A stretch of 64,000 nucleotides of DNA from Candidatus Thorarchaeota archaeon (GTDB lineage: Archaea; Asgardarchaeota; Thorarchaeia; Thorarchaeales; Thorarchaeaceae): contig CAVSBO010000003.1 of the NCBI GenBank assembly GCA_963726195.1, forward strand, positions 160,001 through 224,000, read 5' to 3'. Positions within the stretch are counted from its first letter, which is position 1. Every line of letters begins with the position of its first letter. The notes beneath the pieces are model-generated. The model made no database searches, had not been told where the DNA came from, and saw only the letters and a list, made by a program, of their open reading frames with translations. Below, piece by piece: positions 1-9,287 of this stretch. The position numbers and the translations under genes are program-made.

Positions 1-167
1 AACGTGCTCTTCGCAATGGGATTGCCCTCAGTTCCACCATCTGGCGTCTGACCTTGTTCCTTCGCGAGCCTTGACTTCTCACTGGTCAACTTGATCAGGA
101 GCTCTCTATATTTCTTAAGACGCTCTTCAGGCGTGAGCACGTTTGATGCTTCAAGACCACTCGGCAT
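1..167 (-). CDS. Hypothetical protein, 5' part only (MPSGLEASNVLTPEERLKKYRELLIKL...), runs off the window
   Basis: ATG at 167 preceded by GGAGG; open frame to the window edge. Confidence 0.6.
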   Translation of the reverse strand, partial: MPSGLEASNVLTPEERLKKYRELLIKLTSEKSRLAKEQGQTPDGGTEGNPIAKST

Positions 168-340
168 TATGTATTGCCTCCGACATCACAGGACGCAAAC
201 ACAGGATGTGAGTGAACGAGTCCCGTCGTATGTGCCGAAACAGATGTATTAAGGATACTTCGCTTGAGTTACCACGAAAAAATGTTTGAGAGAAGGGAGG
301 AATCGAGTAGCAAGACCTACGAACCACGCCTGATTTCTCT

Positions 341-1101
341 CTATGGTGCGTCCAGCTTGGTTATCGCTTCAAGCGCGACTCCGATCATCCTCTTCTCGCC
401 CGCTTCAAACTCGTCCACTCGCTGACCCTTGTAACGATTCTCGCCTGTCATAAGGTTTGAACCCGCGGTGAGTATTCCCGCTGCCCTCTTGCCAGATCCA
501 TAGCGGCAACAAGAATGCCAGAGAGCTCCATGTCAATGCCGACCGCACCCAACCGTGCATACTGCTTGTTAAGTTGTGGCGACCGATCCCGCATGTAGAA
601 GTTGTCACATGTGCGTACTATGCCAGTGTGATACGTGACTCCCGCTTCTCTTGCAGAGTCAATGAGAGCAAGAAGAACATCCAGATTCGGGATTGCGGGG
701 AAAGACAGTGGGGCATACTCAAGAGTGGATCCTTCGTCGCGAATGCAGCCCGTTGCAATAATAACGTGGCCCAGTTCTATTCTACGCTGCAGTGTGGCAC
801 ATGATCCAATTCTGATGAATGTGTGAGCCCCGATGGCGGCAAGCTCTTCCACCGCCGTCACTGCACTGAAGCACCCCATCCCTGTCGACATCACGGTGAC
901 ATCAACACCCTTGTATTTTCCAGTAAAGGTCAGGAACTCTCTATGCATTCCCTTTTCCTCCACCTCGTCGAACATCGTGGATGCAGTCTTCGCTCTTTCC
1001 AAGGAGCCTGGAAGCAGTACGTAACCTGCAACATCACCCTCTTTCAGGTTGATGTGCGGCACGCGACCATCAGGATATCTGAGAATAGCGGGATGAGCCA
1101 T
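341..1101 (-). CDS. udp: Uridine/purine nucleoside phosphorylase (NP-I family), 1-nt frameshift near 490
   Basis: PHINL, LLPGS..R, STGMG, IRIGSC, D.FY and DME motifs; C-terminus continues in another frame (KRAAGILTAGSNLMTGE...ALEAITKLDAP*, stop 341-343). Confidence 0.85.
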
Positions 1102-1195
1102 ACAGCTACGATTGGCTTTCCGATACTTAATGGTTCCGCGGAACTGGACTGGACCTTCTTGGCGCGCCCTGAAGTTGACGAGAAGGTGCCAGCCA

Positions 1196-2395
1196 CTAGA
1201 AGAACGTTGGCTCAATCTCGGTCACATGCGTTGGCGCTTTCATGTTGACCGTGGACGCCGGGGACAGGACTTCGACCAGCTCGTAGTCTCTGGTTCCTAA
1301 ACCGAGCTTCTCCGCATACTCGAGAACGATGTATGGGTTCTTCATCGGTCCGTGTATTCTCTGGAACGGATGGAGATTCACCTTCTTGTCGAGGTTCGGT
1401 CTGAAGAAGAGAGGTATCATTGATTCGTTCAAACCCTCTTTCGCAATCAGATCCAGAGTGGCCTTCTCTATCGCAACCATGTCTCGAGAGCCTAGAACAC
1501 CTATGTCATTCACGATGCAGGGCTGCGCGAATGGCCAACAGTCGCAGTATGAAGTGATCTCAATCGCGAAGTTGATGAAGAATCTCTTCTCCTTCGGGAT
1601 GTTTTCCAGCACCTTGCTTGTGCCGATAGCCATCATCTCTTGGAACGCGGAGAAGTGCTCTTGCTTCACCTCAAGGCAGCCCACACCCTTGTCCGCCTGA
1701 ATGCACTTCATGCACTGGTTGCACATGTCGAACTCGAGATTCAGCTTGTGCTCACCCTCCTTGTACGTAATCAAGTGGTCAGGGCACGATTCAACAAGCT
1801 TCTTTGCGTGCTCCGGTGTGCATTTGTCCGACTTCCAGTATGGGATTGACTGCCAAATCGTGTGATATTTGTTCCAGCGGCTCTGGGCCGAGAACCCTCC
1901 AATCGCCAGGTTCTTGATTGCACCGCCGTATCCACAGGTATTGTGACCCTTTGCGTGCGAGAGATCAATGAGCGCATCCGAATCGTGGAGCACGCCGCCC
2001 ATCTCGAGGGACTCGACTCCATGGAAATCGATGTCGACTTTGTAGAGATACTTGTCCTTCACACCATCGAATGGTATCAGAGGACAGCCGCAGGTCTCGG
2101 ACGTGTATCCTCGATTCACAGCATTGTACACAGAAGTCGGATTGTCAGTTATGAAAGGAAACGCTCCAGTCTTCTTGACTGCGTCCACAATACGTCGCAC
2201 GAAGAAGACAGGAATGGTCTGGTAACCATCCTCGTATCCAAGGTGCATCTTAATGGCGACCTTGTCCTTCTTCTGGATCGTGGACAGGTCAAGTTTCTTG
2301 ACAATTTCGTCAACCTTGGCAGCAAAGCAGGCAAACTTCGCTCTGTTGCCTTGCTTCACGGACCCAAAGTATACCTTCGCTCGCGGGGAACTCAT
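1196..2395 (-). CDS. DUF362 domain Fe-S protein with ferredoxin-like Cys cluster
   Basis: KVAIKMHLG, SHAKGH, GGAIKNLAIG, CNQCMKC, YCDC, DIGVLGSRD motifs. Confidence 0.85.
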   Translation of the reverse strand: MSSPRAKVYFGSVKQGNRAKFACFAAKVDEIVKKLDLSTIQKKDKVAIKMHLGYEDGYQTIPVFFVRRIVDAVKKTGAFPFITDNPTSVYNAVNRGYTSETCGCPLIPFDGVKDKYLYKVDIDFHGVESLEMGGVLHDSDALIDLSHAKGHNTCGYGGAIKNLAIGGFSAQSRWNKYHTIWQSIPYWKSDKCTPEHAKKLVESCPDHLITYKEGEHKLNLEFDMCNQCMKCIQADKGVGCLEVKQEHFSAFQEMMAIGTSKVLENIPKEKRFFINFAIEITSYCDCWPFAQPCIVNDIGVLGSRDMVAIEKATLDLIAKEGLNESMIPLFFRPNLDKKVNLHPFQRIHGPMKNPYIVLEYAEKLGLGTRDYELVEVLSPASTVNMKAPTHVTEIEPTFF

Positions 2396-2474
2396 GCCTA
2401 AGACAACAACAAATCAAGAATAAGTCTGTTGCGAAGGAGGCCTTCAAGCAGCCGTTGGTTGTCTCGTCGTTTCT

Positions 2475-3021
2475 CTACACCGTGGGTATGCCGAACACTC
2501 TCTGTACCATTGTACCAAGGCTTAGAGCCGACAGGGAATACCATGACCACAGCCAGAGACCGAACCCGCCGCCCGGAACAGCCACTCCGACCCAAGGTTC
2601 CAAGAACGGCAACAGAGTCTGAGGGCTGAACGGGAGAATCGCAACCGGAGTGGCACCGTATATTCCATTAAGAATGGCAAAGATGATCAGGAACGGTATG
2701 TAGAAGACACAGCATGGCTTCATTCTGGCGCCTTGCATCGACAGGCTGAAGTTGCATAATGTGCGATTGCTCACTAACAACTTCCTGCAGAAGTGTGGGA
2801 TCCATCGTCTTCCTTGCTTGATTAAACTTCGTCTGCCATGCCCGAAGCTCCGCCATGTTTGCTCTCAGTTTGCTAACGTCAACCATCTTCACAGTTACGA
2901 AACTGGAAATGAGAGTGAGCAGAATACCAACTCCCAAGACAAACACTGCAGAATATGGCATCACAGACACTGGACGCAGGAAACTGACAACTGCCGCGAA
3001 GATATCGCCCCATACATCCAT
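2475..3021 (-). CDS. DUF106 / EMC3-TMCO1 (Oxa1 superfamily) membrane insertase-like protein, frameshift near 2745
   Basis: TM1, then coiled coil (VDVSKLRANMAELRAWQTKFNQARK), then MKP..FYIPFLIIF and WLWSWYSLSALSLGTMVQRVFG in the next frame. Confidence 0.8.
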
Positions 3022-3103
3022 TGTAAGGCCCGACCAATTCTTGTTTGACTCCGGGCCAGCGGCCCTCGCCGTATATACGTTCCGCAGGACGCGACAATGA
3101 GGC

Positions 3104-3300
3104 AAAACAAGAAGACTGGTGTGCAGGCCTATACCTTTGCAGCTGGGCTCTCGTACACGCTCCTGTGCGGCAGTATACACCGGTGCATGGACTTGGTACA
3201 CGCCGCATTCCAGCTGTTTCGCGCCAAACGAGCCCGAGTCATTTGAGGGCAAAGCTGCCAAAGCGAGCCCGCAGAAGCGTTTACCGGAAGACCCCGCTTC
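3104..3300 (-). ncRNA. Candidate structured small RNA (~190 nt)
   Basis: Nested stems whose G-U pairs work on the minus strand only; TTAAAA 25-30 nt upstream; U-rich tract at 3115-3104. Confidence 0.45.
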
Positions 3301-3360
3301 GTTTATATCATGGTAGCGTGTACTTTTTAACTCGTCTGCCACCGGGAGGGCTAGACGCAA

Positions 3361-3588
3361 ATGCTGATGTTCACAAGGATGCTAAGAAGACAAGGATTCT
3401 ACCGTGTAAAGAACCAAGAGGATCCAGTGTACATGAAACACAACGTAGGCATCGGCGGTGTCTACGTTCGCATTGAGAAGAAGAAGGCACTGCTTACTGT
3501 CCGTGACCTGGGAATCGAAGAGGAATTCTCAAAGGTCAAGAAGCTCGAGGATTTCATAAACGAGCTGAGAGGATACTGCCTATCGTGA
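3361..3588 (+). CDS. Small hypothetical protein (75 aa)
   Basis: Protein-like composition; TTTATA at 3302 and TTTTAA at 3325 upstream. Confidence 0.65.
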   Translation: MLMFTRMLRRQGFYRVKNQEDPVYMKHNVGIGGVYVRIEKKKALLTVRDLGIEEEFSKVKKLEDFINELRGYCLS

Positions 3589-3645
3589 GAAGTGTTCTCA
3601 TCGTGAATAAGATGAGGGGCTCAGGGTCTTAGACAGCCCAGTGAC

Positions 3646-4854
3646 TCACGATTTGCCTGATATCTTCGAGCCCAGATAGCTGGGCAGCACCGACTTGATG
3701 GCGCTCGTCACAGACCTGATGCCGACAAGCATCTCAGCAATAGTTCTGGTTGTCTTCTCCGACTTGAGGAGTTGGGAACCGAAACTGGATGACCCGCTAC
3801 GAACAAGCCTGTTCTGCAGCCACAGTCCCCACCTTAGGTCGGAGCCTATCTGACTAGTCCATAGCCGCTCGTACTTGGAGAGAAACTTGGCAGTGAAGTC
3901 TCTCTTCTTGACGGCCTCCGCGGGAATTGCCGCTGCTGTGTCGCCGCCAACCATTGAATAGTATATCCCCTCGCCTGTAATCGGAGAACAGTGACCCGCT
4001 GCGTCGCCAGCAAGCATGATGCGGTCTGAAAAAGAAGGCTTTACCACGCCGGCCAGTGGCATCAGCGCGGCTTGCTGCTTCGTGATTTGTGACCCTTCAA
4101 GCTCAGCCTTGGTGAAGTCTGTCTCTTTCGTGATCCTGCTGATGTACTCTGAGAGGTCCAGCTGAGACTGTCGTACATTCGTCACCAGACCGCCGGTTCC
4201 GACCACAGTTTCGTGTCCCCTAGGGAAAATCCAGGCATATCCTCTAGGTGAGAATTCCGAACCATACAGGAAGTAGTTGGCTTGTGGGAATGGTGGCATC
4301 GACTCTTCGCGGTGCATCTCGTACTGAACGGCATACCCCATCCCTTCATTTGAGATGCGAGGCCTGACTAGCCCCGACCTGATTGACACTGCATTCGCAC
4401 CACTGGCATCAATCAGGACCTTGCATTTCAGTTTCCTCTTGTTTCCGCCCTGTACATAATTCAGAGAACACCCTTCGGGCCCAGCGTCCACAGACAGAAC
4501 GTTCGATTCCAGCGAGACATGTGTTGCTGAATCAGTAACCATGCTCAACATGACTTCTCCCAGGGCTCTTCGAGTCACATTGAAGCCGACCGGATCTTCG
4601 AAATCTACTGATGTCAGATCAACACGTGGAAACTTCATCCGAACGCTCTTTACGGGCCAGGACCCTGGAATCTCTCTTGCCGCTAGATACTCGAGTGCTC
4701 TTGAAGGCACGAAACCCCCGCATACCTTGTCCTCACAGGGCACCTTTTCCCGGGTTAACAAGACGAAATCGACGTTGAGATGTGCAAGGCGTCTTGCTGC
4801 AGTAAGACCTGCAGGTCCGGCGCCAACTATCACAACGTCGATATCAGTTGCCAT
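3646..4854 (-). CDS. Geranylgeranyl reductase family FAD oxidoreductase
   Basis: VIVGAGPAG, KVCGG, DASG, GYAWIFP, LAGDAAG..SPITGEGI. Confidence 0.9.
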   Translation of the reverse strand: MATDIDVVIVGAGPAGLTAARRLAHLNVDFVLLTREKVPCEDKVCGGFVPSRALEYLAAREIPGSWPVKSVRMKFPRVDLTSVDFEDPVGFNVTRRALGEVMLSMVTDSATHVSLESNVLSVDAGPEGCSLNYVQGGNKRKLKCKVLIDASGANAVSIRSGLVRPRISNEGMGYAVQYEMHREESMPPFPQANYFLYGSEFSPRGYAWIFPRGHETVVGTGGLVTNVRQSQLDLSEYISRITKETDFTKAELEGSQITKQQAALMPLAGVVKPSFSDRIMLAGDAAGHCSPITGEGIYYSMVGGDTAAAIPAEAVKKRDFTAKFLSKYERLWTSQIGSDLRWGLWLQNRLVRSGSSSFGSQLLKSEKTTRTIAEMLVGIRSVTSAIKSVLPSYLGSKISGKS

Positions 4855-4911
4855 GGCTGTGCCGATTGAATTGCACCTTTGTCTTAAAACCTTGGTCTGC
4901 GCTTTCTGAGT

Positions 4912-5141
4912 GTACACGATTGTCGAACTATGTAAACGTAGGATACGAACAACGGTCGAGTATCTGAAGGAACGTGTACGATAGTTGGCACGGGGATCAG
5001 ATTCTCTAGTCCTTACTCTCCGAAATCATTCTGCCTTTCGGAGAGTACGGATAGTAAACGCTTGAGTCTTCGAAGAACACATATGCCACAGCGGTGCTGC
5101 AACATCATAACTAGTACACGCTTGTCTGGAATCGTACACGT
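4912..5141. repeat. Cluster of six GTA(C/A)ACG boxes around a 12-bp hairpin
   Basis: Copies at 4912, 4932, 5054, 5114, 5134 and inverted at 4973-4979; stem TACTCTCCGAAA/TTTCGGAGAGTA at about 5014-5047. Confidence 0.55.
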
Positions 5142-5198
5142 TTCGGCAGCCTTGTAGGATAGCGGAAACCTGTGACATCAGACAAGGGCCACATTGCC

Positions 5199-6053
5199 CT
5201 AGGGATGCTTCAGGAAAGTGCCGTTCCTGTACTCTTCGAAAGCCAGTGCTAGTTCTTCGTCAGTGTTCATGACAATAGGCCCGCTCCATGCGACCGGCTC
5301 CCTTAGCGGCTTCCCCGAGACGAGCAGGAAGCGAAGAGGCTGGTTCGCCGAACGGATTTGCACCTCTGTACCATCCCCGAAGAGGACGATGCTCTCAGGG
5401 TCGATGATGCTGCTTGCTTTCTTGTCAAAGTGGCCTTTGCCTTCAATCACATAGGCAAAACCGGTGTAGCCCTTCTTGATGGAGTGCGTGAACAGAGTTT
5501 CCGATGGAAGCGTTACGTCTAGGTACTCAGGGTCTGTTACAATCTCCTTGACCGGTCCGACAACACCGCCCGCTTCTCCACATATGACTTTGATTCTTGT
5601 CCCATTGTCGAGTACGGCTTCAGGGATGTCAGTTCTCTCGATTCCCCGGTACCTCGGATCCATCATCTTGTGGGAGGCCGGCAGATTCGCCCAGAGCTGG
5701 AAGCCTGCAAGCATGCCTTCTGTCCGCTGGGGCATTTCCTCGTGGATTATTCCGCTTCCTGCTGTCATCCACTGTACATCCCCCGGCCCAATCTCCCCGC
5801 CATTTCCAAGGCTGTCTCTGTGCTTTACCCTTCCACTGAGCATGTAAGTCACGGTCTCGATTCGACGATGTGGATGCCATGGGAATCCCGCGATGTAGTC
5901 GCTCGGTCTATCTGAGTGAAAGTCGTCTAGCAATAGAAAAGGATCGAGCTCCTTGACCTCGTAGAACCCAAAGGCTCGCTTGAGATGCACGCCTGCACCT
6001 TCAAGTGTGGGTTTGCTGTTCCAGATTCTCGCTACCTCTCGCTGTTCTACCAT
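5199..6053 (-). CDS. Pirin family protein
   Basis: EGAG, DPFLLLD, GFPWHPHR, H.DSLG, QWMTAGSGIIHEE, QLWANLP, GPIVMNT. Confidence 0.95.
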   Translation of the reverse strand: MVEQREVARIWNSKPTLEGAGVHLKRAFGFYEVKELDPFLLLDDFHSDRPSDYIAGFPWHPHRRIETVTYMLSGRVKHRDSLGNGGEIGPGDVQWMTAGSGIIHEEMPQRTEGMLAGFQLWANLPASHKMMDPRYRGIERTDIPEAVLDNGTRIKVICGEAGGVVGPVKEIVTDPEYLDVTLPSETLFTHSIKKGYTGFAYVIEGKGHFDKKASSIIDPESIVLFGDGTEVQIRSANQPLRFLLVSGKPLREPVAWSGPIVMNTDEELALAFEEYRNGTFLKHP

Positions 6054-6283
6054 GTGAATCTCCTACTCTATGTCAGAGATTGACGCCAGCCGCGCTCGGA
6101 GCCTGCCCAAATCAGTAGAGCACCCAATCTAACACTAAAGAAGATTGACATGTGGCTATCCTGCTCAGCAGGCACGGGCTCTAAAGGAGCATACATACGC
6201 TCAGACTCTTGGCGGGGCGACAGTAGCAGCCGTGATTGCTTTTGTGGAATAGCACTGTTGTATCGCTAGGCCGACGATGGTTG

Positions 6284-7048
6284 TCATGTGTGCCCATATC
6301 TGATACGTTGATACACGGTATAGAGAGCCAACGGGATGATTATGAAGATAAACGGGACAACCAAGCTGATGTAGATAACACCGAGAGGTAGCCACACTCC
6401 GAAGAGCACAAGCATTGGCCCCCAAAGGACTGCATTTCCAAATAGCATGATTACCGTTCCGACCACATCAAAAAGCAGCGTATCGAAAGGTGCGCTCACA
6501 AGGAACACAACCCCGACGGCCAGGGAGAAGATAGTCCACGTCTTGACAATCCTAATGCCGACACTGACATATGGATAGTCATCTCGTCGATAATCCTCTT
6601 GTTTGACTTTCAGTAGAGCACTTAACAACTGGTCCGAGATGCTGACTCCTCCTGAACCCATTATCAACAATATGGCAACGAAAAGCACGAAAAAACCGGC
6701 TTGGAGAAGCCTGAGAGATGAGAATATCAGCATGCCAACCAGCATTGCTGCCGATCCAAGAATCAAGCTAAACCAAAGAAATGTCGCTTCAGTCCTATCC
6801 ATCATTTGACGTTGGAACCACTCACCGATTCTACCATGCTGCGTCTGTGTCATATGCCGAACGTACCAGTCATGCGAGAAGCAGTCGGCGTATTCAGTCC
6901 TTCCCGAAAGGTCTAAGCCCGTTACATCAAACCGCTTCTCAAGGCTTGCACTCAAAGCTCTGTATTGTCGGAGTCTCCTCAACCGGAGCAAAGCAGACAT
7001 TACCAAGAGTATTCCGCTTATGGCTAGAAGCAGGGTTAATTCAATCAT
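6284..7048 (-). CDS. Hypothetical multi-pass membrane protein
   Basis: 254-aa ORF with about 6 hydrophobic segments. Confidence 0.7.
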   Translation of the reverse strand: MIELTLLLAISGILLVMSALLRLRRLRQYRALSASLEKRFDVTGLDLSGRTEYADCFSHDWYVRHMTQTQHGRIGEWFQRQMMDRTEATFLWFSLILGSAAMLVGMLIFSSLRLLQAGFFVLFVAILLIMGSGGVSISDQLLSALLKVKQEDYRRDDYPYVSVGIRIVKTWTIFSLAVGVVFLVSAPFDTLLFDVVGTVIMLFGNAVLWGPMLVLFGVWLPLGVIYISLVVPFIFIIIPLALYTVYQRIRYGHT

Positions 7049-8330
7049 TCTTCATCATTCTGAACTGGTTGTCCGGGTTCCACCCAATGTGGGCGACGGA
7101 AAGGACCTGAAAAGTGACGCGCTTCACGCAGAACCATCACTTGCTCCCGGCGTTCGTGGCGTACGGACTCAGCGAAATATAAGCTATGCCCTAAACCACT
7201 GGGCTATCCCTCAGTTTTCCAGTGCCGGAACTGGACATTCTGCTCATATCGCACCCTTTCTTCTCTCTGCATCACTGCAGATAAGTGGACGATATCCTAT
7301 CACTGTCCAGCGATTCTAAATATGATGTCTTTGCTCTACTGGTCCAGCCGTTTAGAGGTACATCATGTACCATTTGAGGGCTGTTATATGCAGGCATTAT
7401 TTGCACTTACCAAAGTCGATTCTGTATAGTGATGGGTACTACGACTCGGCGGCCAAACGTTTCTTGATGTCAAGATGTTGAGTCTCGAACGCATTGGTGC
7501 ACAGCCTCATACTCGAAGAACGAGTCATGGTGCGATCAGACTAGAAACACACTCAGATAATCTGGGTTATCCTCGCAAAACAGTGCTAGTACATAGATAA
7601 TGAGTACAGAAGTGGCATAGCGCACCATGGTCATTCATTGACCGTATCCAGTAGGTGAATACAGGAACAGAATGATGGGCTACGGCCTGTAACTTATCTA
7701 GCCGTAGTAATTGCCTGGTTATTGGGGGCACCAGTGGCTCGTCGTCTGTAGAGGATCACGGGGTCCGGACGCACTTGCCTCCAATTATCCCAAGCAGTTC
7801 TGAGTTTGGAGGCCGAATTCAGATACGAACCCAAGTTTGTCCCGCCAGATTACTCAAGTGAGTGAGCGAAATCTGACGAAAAATCGACAGATTCTGAGGG
7901 ATGAATGCGAGAGAAGACATGATTGCACAGGGCGTTTGAGACATCCACGAACAGAACAAACGCGTTGCAGGTCAGGCACTCGAGGGCAGATCTTGACATG
8001 ACGGCTGCTTCGCTACATATCTAGCCGACCAAAGACCGGCCCAGGCATTCGAGCCGCCAGAAGGAGTACGTTAGTGTCAGCCCTTCATACCTCCGCTTCT
8101 AGTGCTCGGGTTCTACTACTGCGAACGTGTACTCAGGAGCTCGAACAGAAGAAAAACCCAGTCGCGTCTCGAGTAGTTCAATTTCAAGTCCTTTCCGAAT
8201 CGTCTCGTTGTGAAGATGGTCACTCAATGACATGAAGACACGAAGATGAAAGAGGCGGATGAAACACTATTCGCACTGAATGGCCGGGAGCACAACGCTC
8301 GGCCGAGCCGGATACACAATCGCAATTTCC

Positions 8331-8480
8331 TTTATAACTTACGGAGCATTTGTGAGTATCACGCATTGAGCAAGCGGACCAGCAGGCGTTAGTGGATTGG
8401 GTCATCGTTCAGCAGGGAGAAACTCTTCGAGGCCTGTCCCTGATGCCCGGAGGCCTCGCCCCAAGGGTGAGCGTGCACTT
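8331..8480 (+). promoter_or_regulatory. TATA box plus ~120-nt structured leader with alternative SD-sequestering hairpins
   Basis: TTTATAA at 8331-8337; CGAGGCCT/AGGCCTCG competes with CTCGCCC/GGGTGAG, which covers the SD. Confidence 0.45.
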
Positions 8481-8843
8481 ATGGTGACTATCTTCATCGT
8501 AGACGACGAAGCGATCCTGCATCGCCTCTACAAGGATGTATTCGCGATAAAGGGTCACCAAGTTGTTGCAGATGCATATGATGGCGAAGAGGCGGTCCGC
8601 AAGTTCCAAGAGATGAATCCCAGACCAGACGTGATTGTCCTTGATCACAGAATGCCCAACAAAGATGGCCTCGAAGCCATGAGAGAGATTCTGAAGATTG
8701 AGCCCAATGCGCGCATTGTGTTTATTAGCGCTGACGCCAACGTACGAGAGCAGGCCATTAAGAACGGGGCCGCTAGCTTCGGCCTGAAGCCAGTAACAAT
8801 CCGGCACATGCTTGACCTTGTCGAGAGTGCCGTTAGCACCTGA
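8481..8843 (+). CDS. Single-domain CheY-like response regulator
   Basis: IFIVDDE, PDVIVLDHRMP..DG, FISA, KP. Confidence 0.92.
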   Translation: MVTIFIVDDEAILHRLYKDVFAIKGHQVVADAYDGEEAVRKFQEMNPRPDVIVLDHRMPNKDGLEAMREILKIEPNARIVFISADANVREQAIKNGAASFGLKPVTIRHMLDLVESAVST

Positions 8844-8873
8844 TTCATCTCATATTCTGAAGGGGGTTCACGA

Positions 8874-9257
8874 ATCTTCGACTCCTTCGACACTGAAAGC
8901 GACACGAGGGCTATCATAGCAGGTGATATTCCATTCCTGCGAGGTCTGCTCCGCGTGGCAATCGAAGAAGCTGGCTACGATGTTGTGGCGGAGGCCACTG
9001 ACAGGGAGACACTGCTTGTTTCTTGCGCTATGTACAGGCCAGATTTCGTGCTCGTCGACATCCATTTGCCTGAAGTCCAAGAGGCAAGATTGGTCGAAGA
9101 CATCCTTGACATAGATCCAGACGTCGCCGTCGTCATAATATCTGACCCACTCGAGGGCTTTGGGGAAACGATTCTGGCCGCAGGGGCAAGAGCGTATCTC
9201 GAGAAACCTTTCAGTACGTACGACTTGATTGACATGGTAAGAAAAGTGATTCCGTGA
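8874..9257 (+). CDS. Second receiver-domain protein (probable ATC start at 8874)
   Basis: RAIIAGD beta1 lies upstream of the first GTG (8955); PDFVLVDIHLP, IISD and YLEKPF present. Confidence 0.8.
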   Translation: MFDSFDTESDTRAIIAGDIPFLRGLLRVAIEEAGYDVVAEATDRETLLVSCAMYRPDFVLVDIHLPEVQEARLVEDILDIDPDVAVVIISDPLEGFGETILAAGARAYLEKPFSTYDLIDMVRKVIP

Positions 9258-9287
9258 ATGGTGCTGCGATGTTCCCAGAAGGAACCG

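Noticed and set aside
3022-3360. N-terminal extension of DUF106, ribosomal protein L34e, SRP RNA or RNase P RNA
   Set aside because: The translations are not protein-like and lack the L34e pattern; no helix-8 GNRA/AGCA or GAGGAAAGUCC motifs
4912-5141. CRISPR array or ORB origin
   Set aside because: The repeats are only 7-13 bp with irregular spacers, do not match the ORB consensus, and there are no cas or orc1/cdc6 genes
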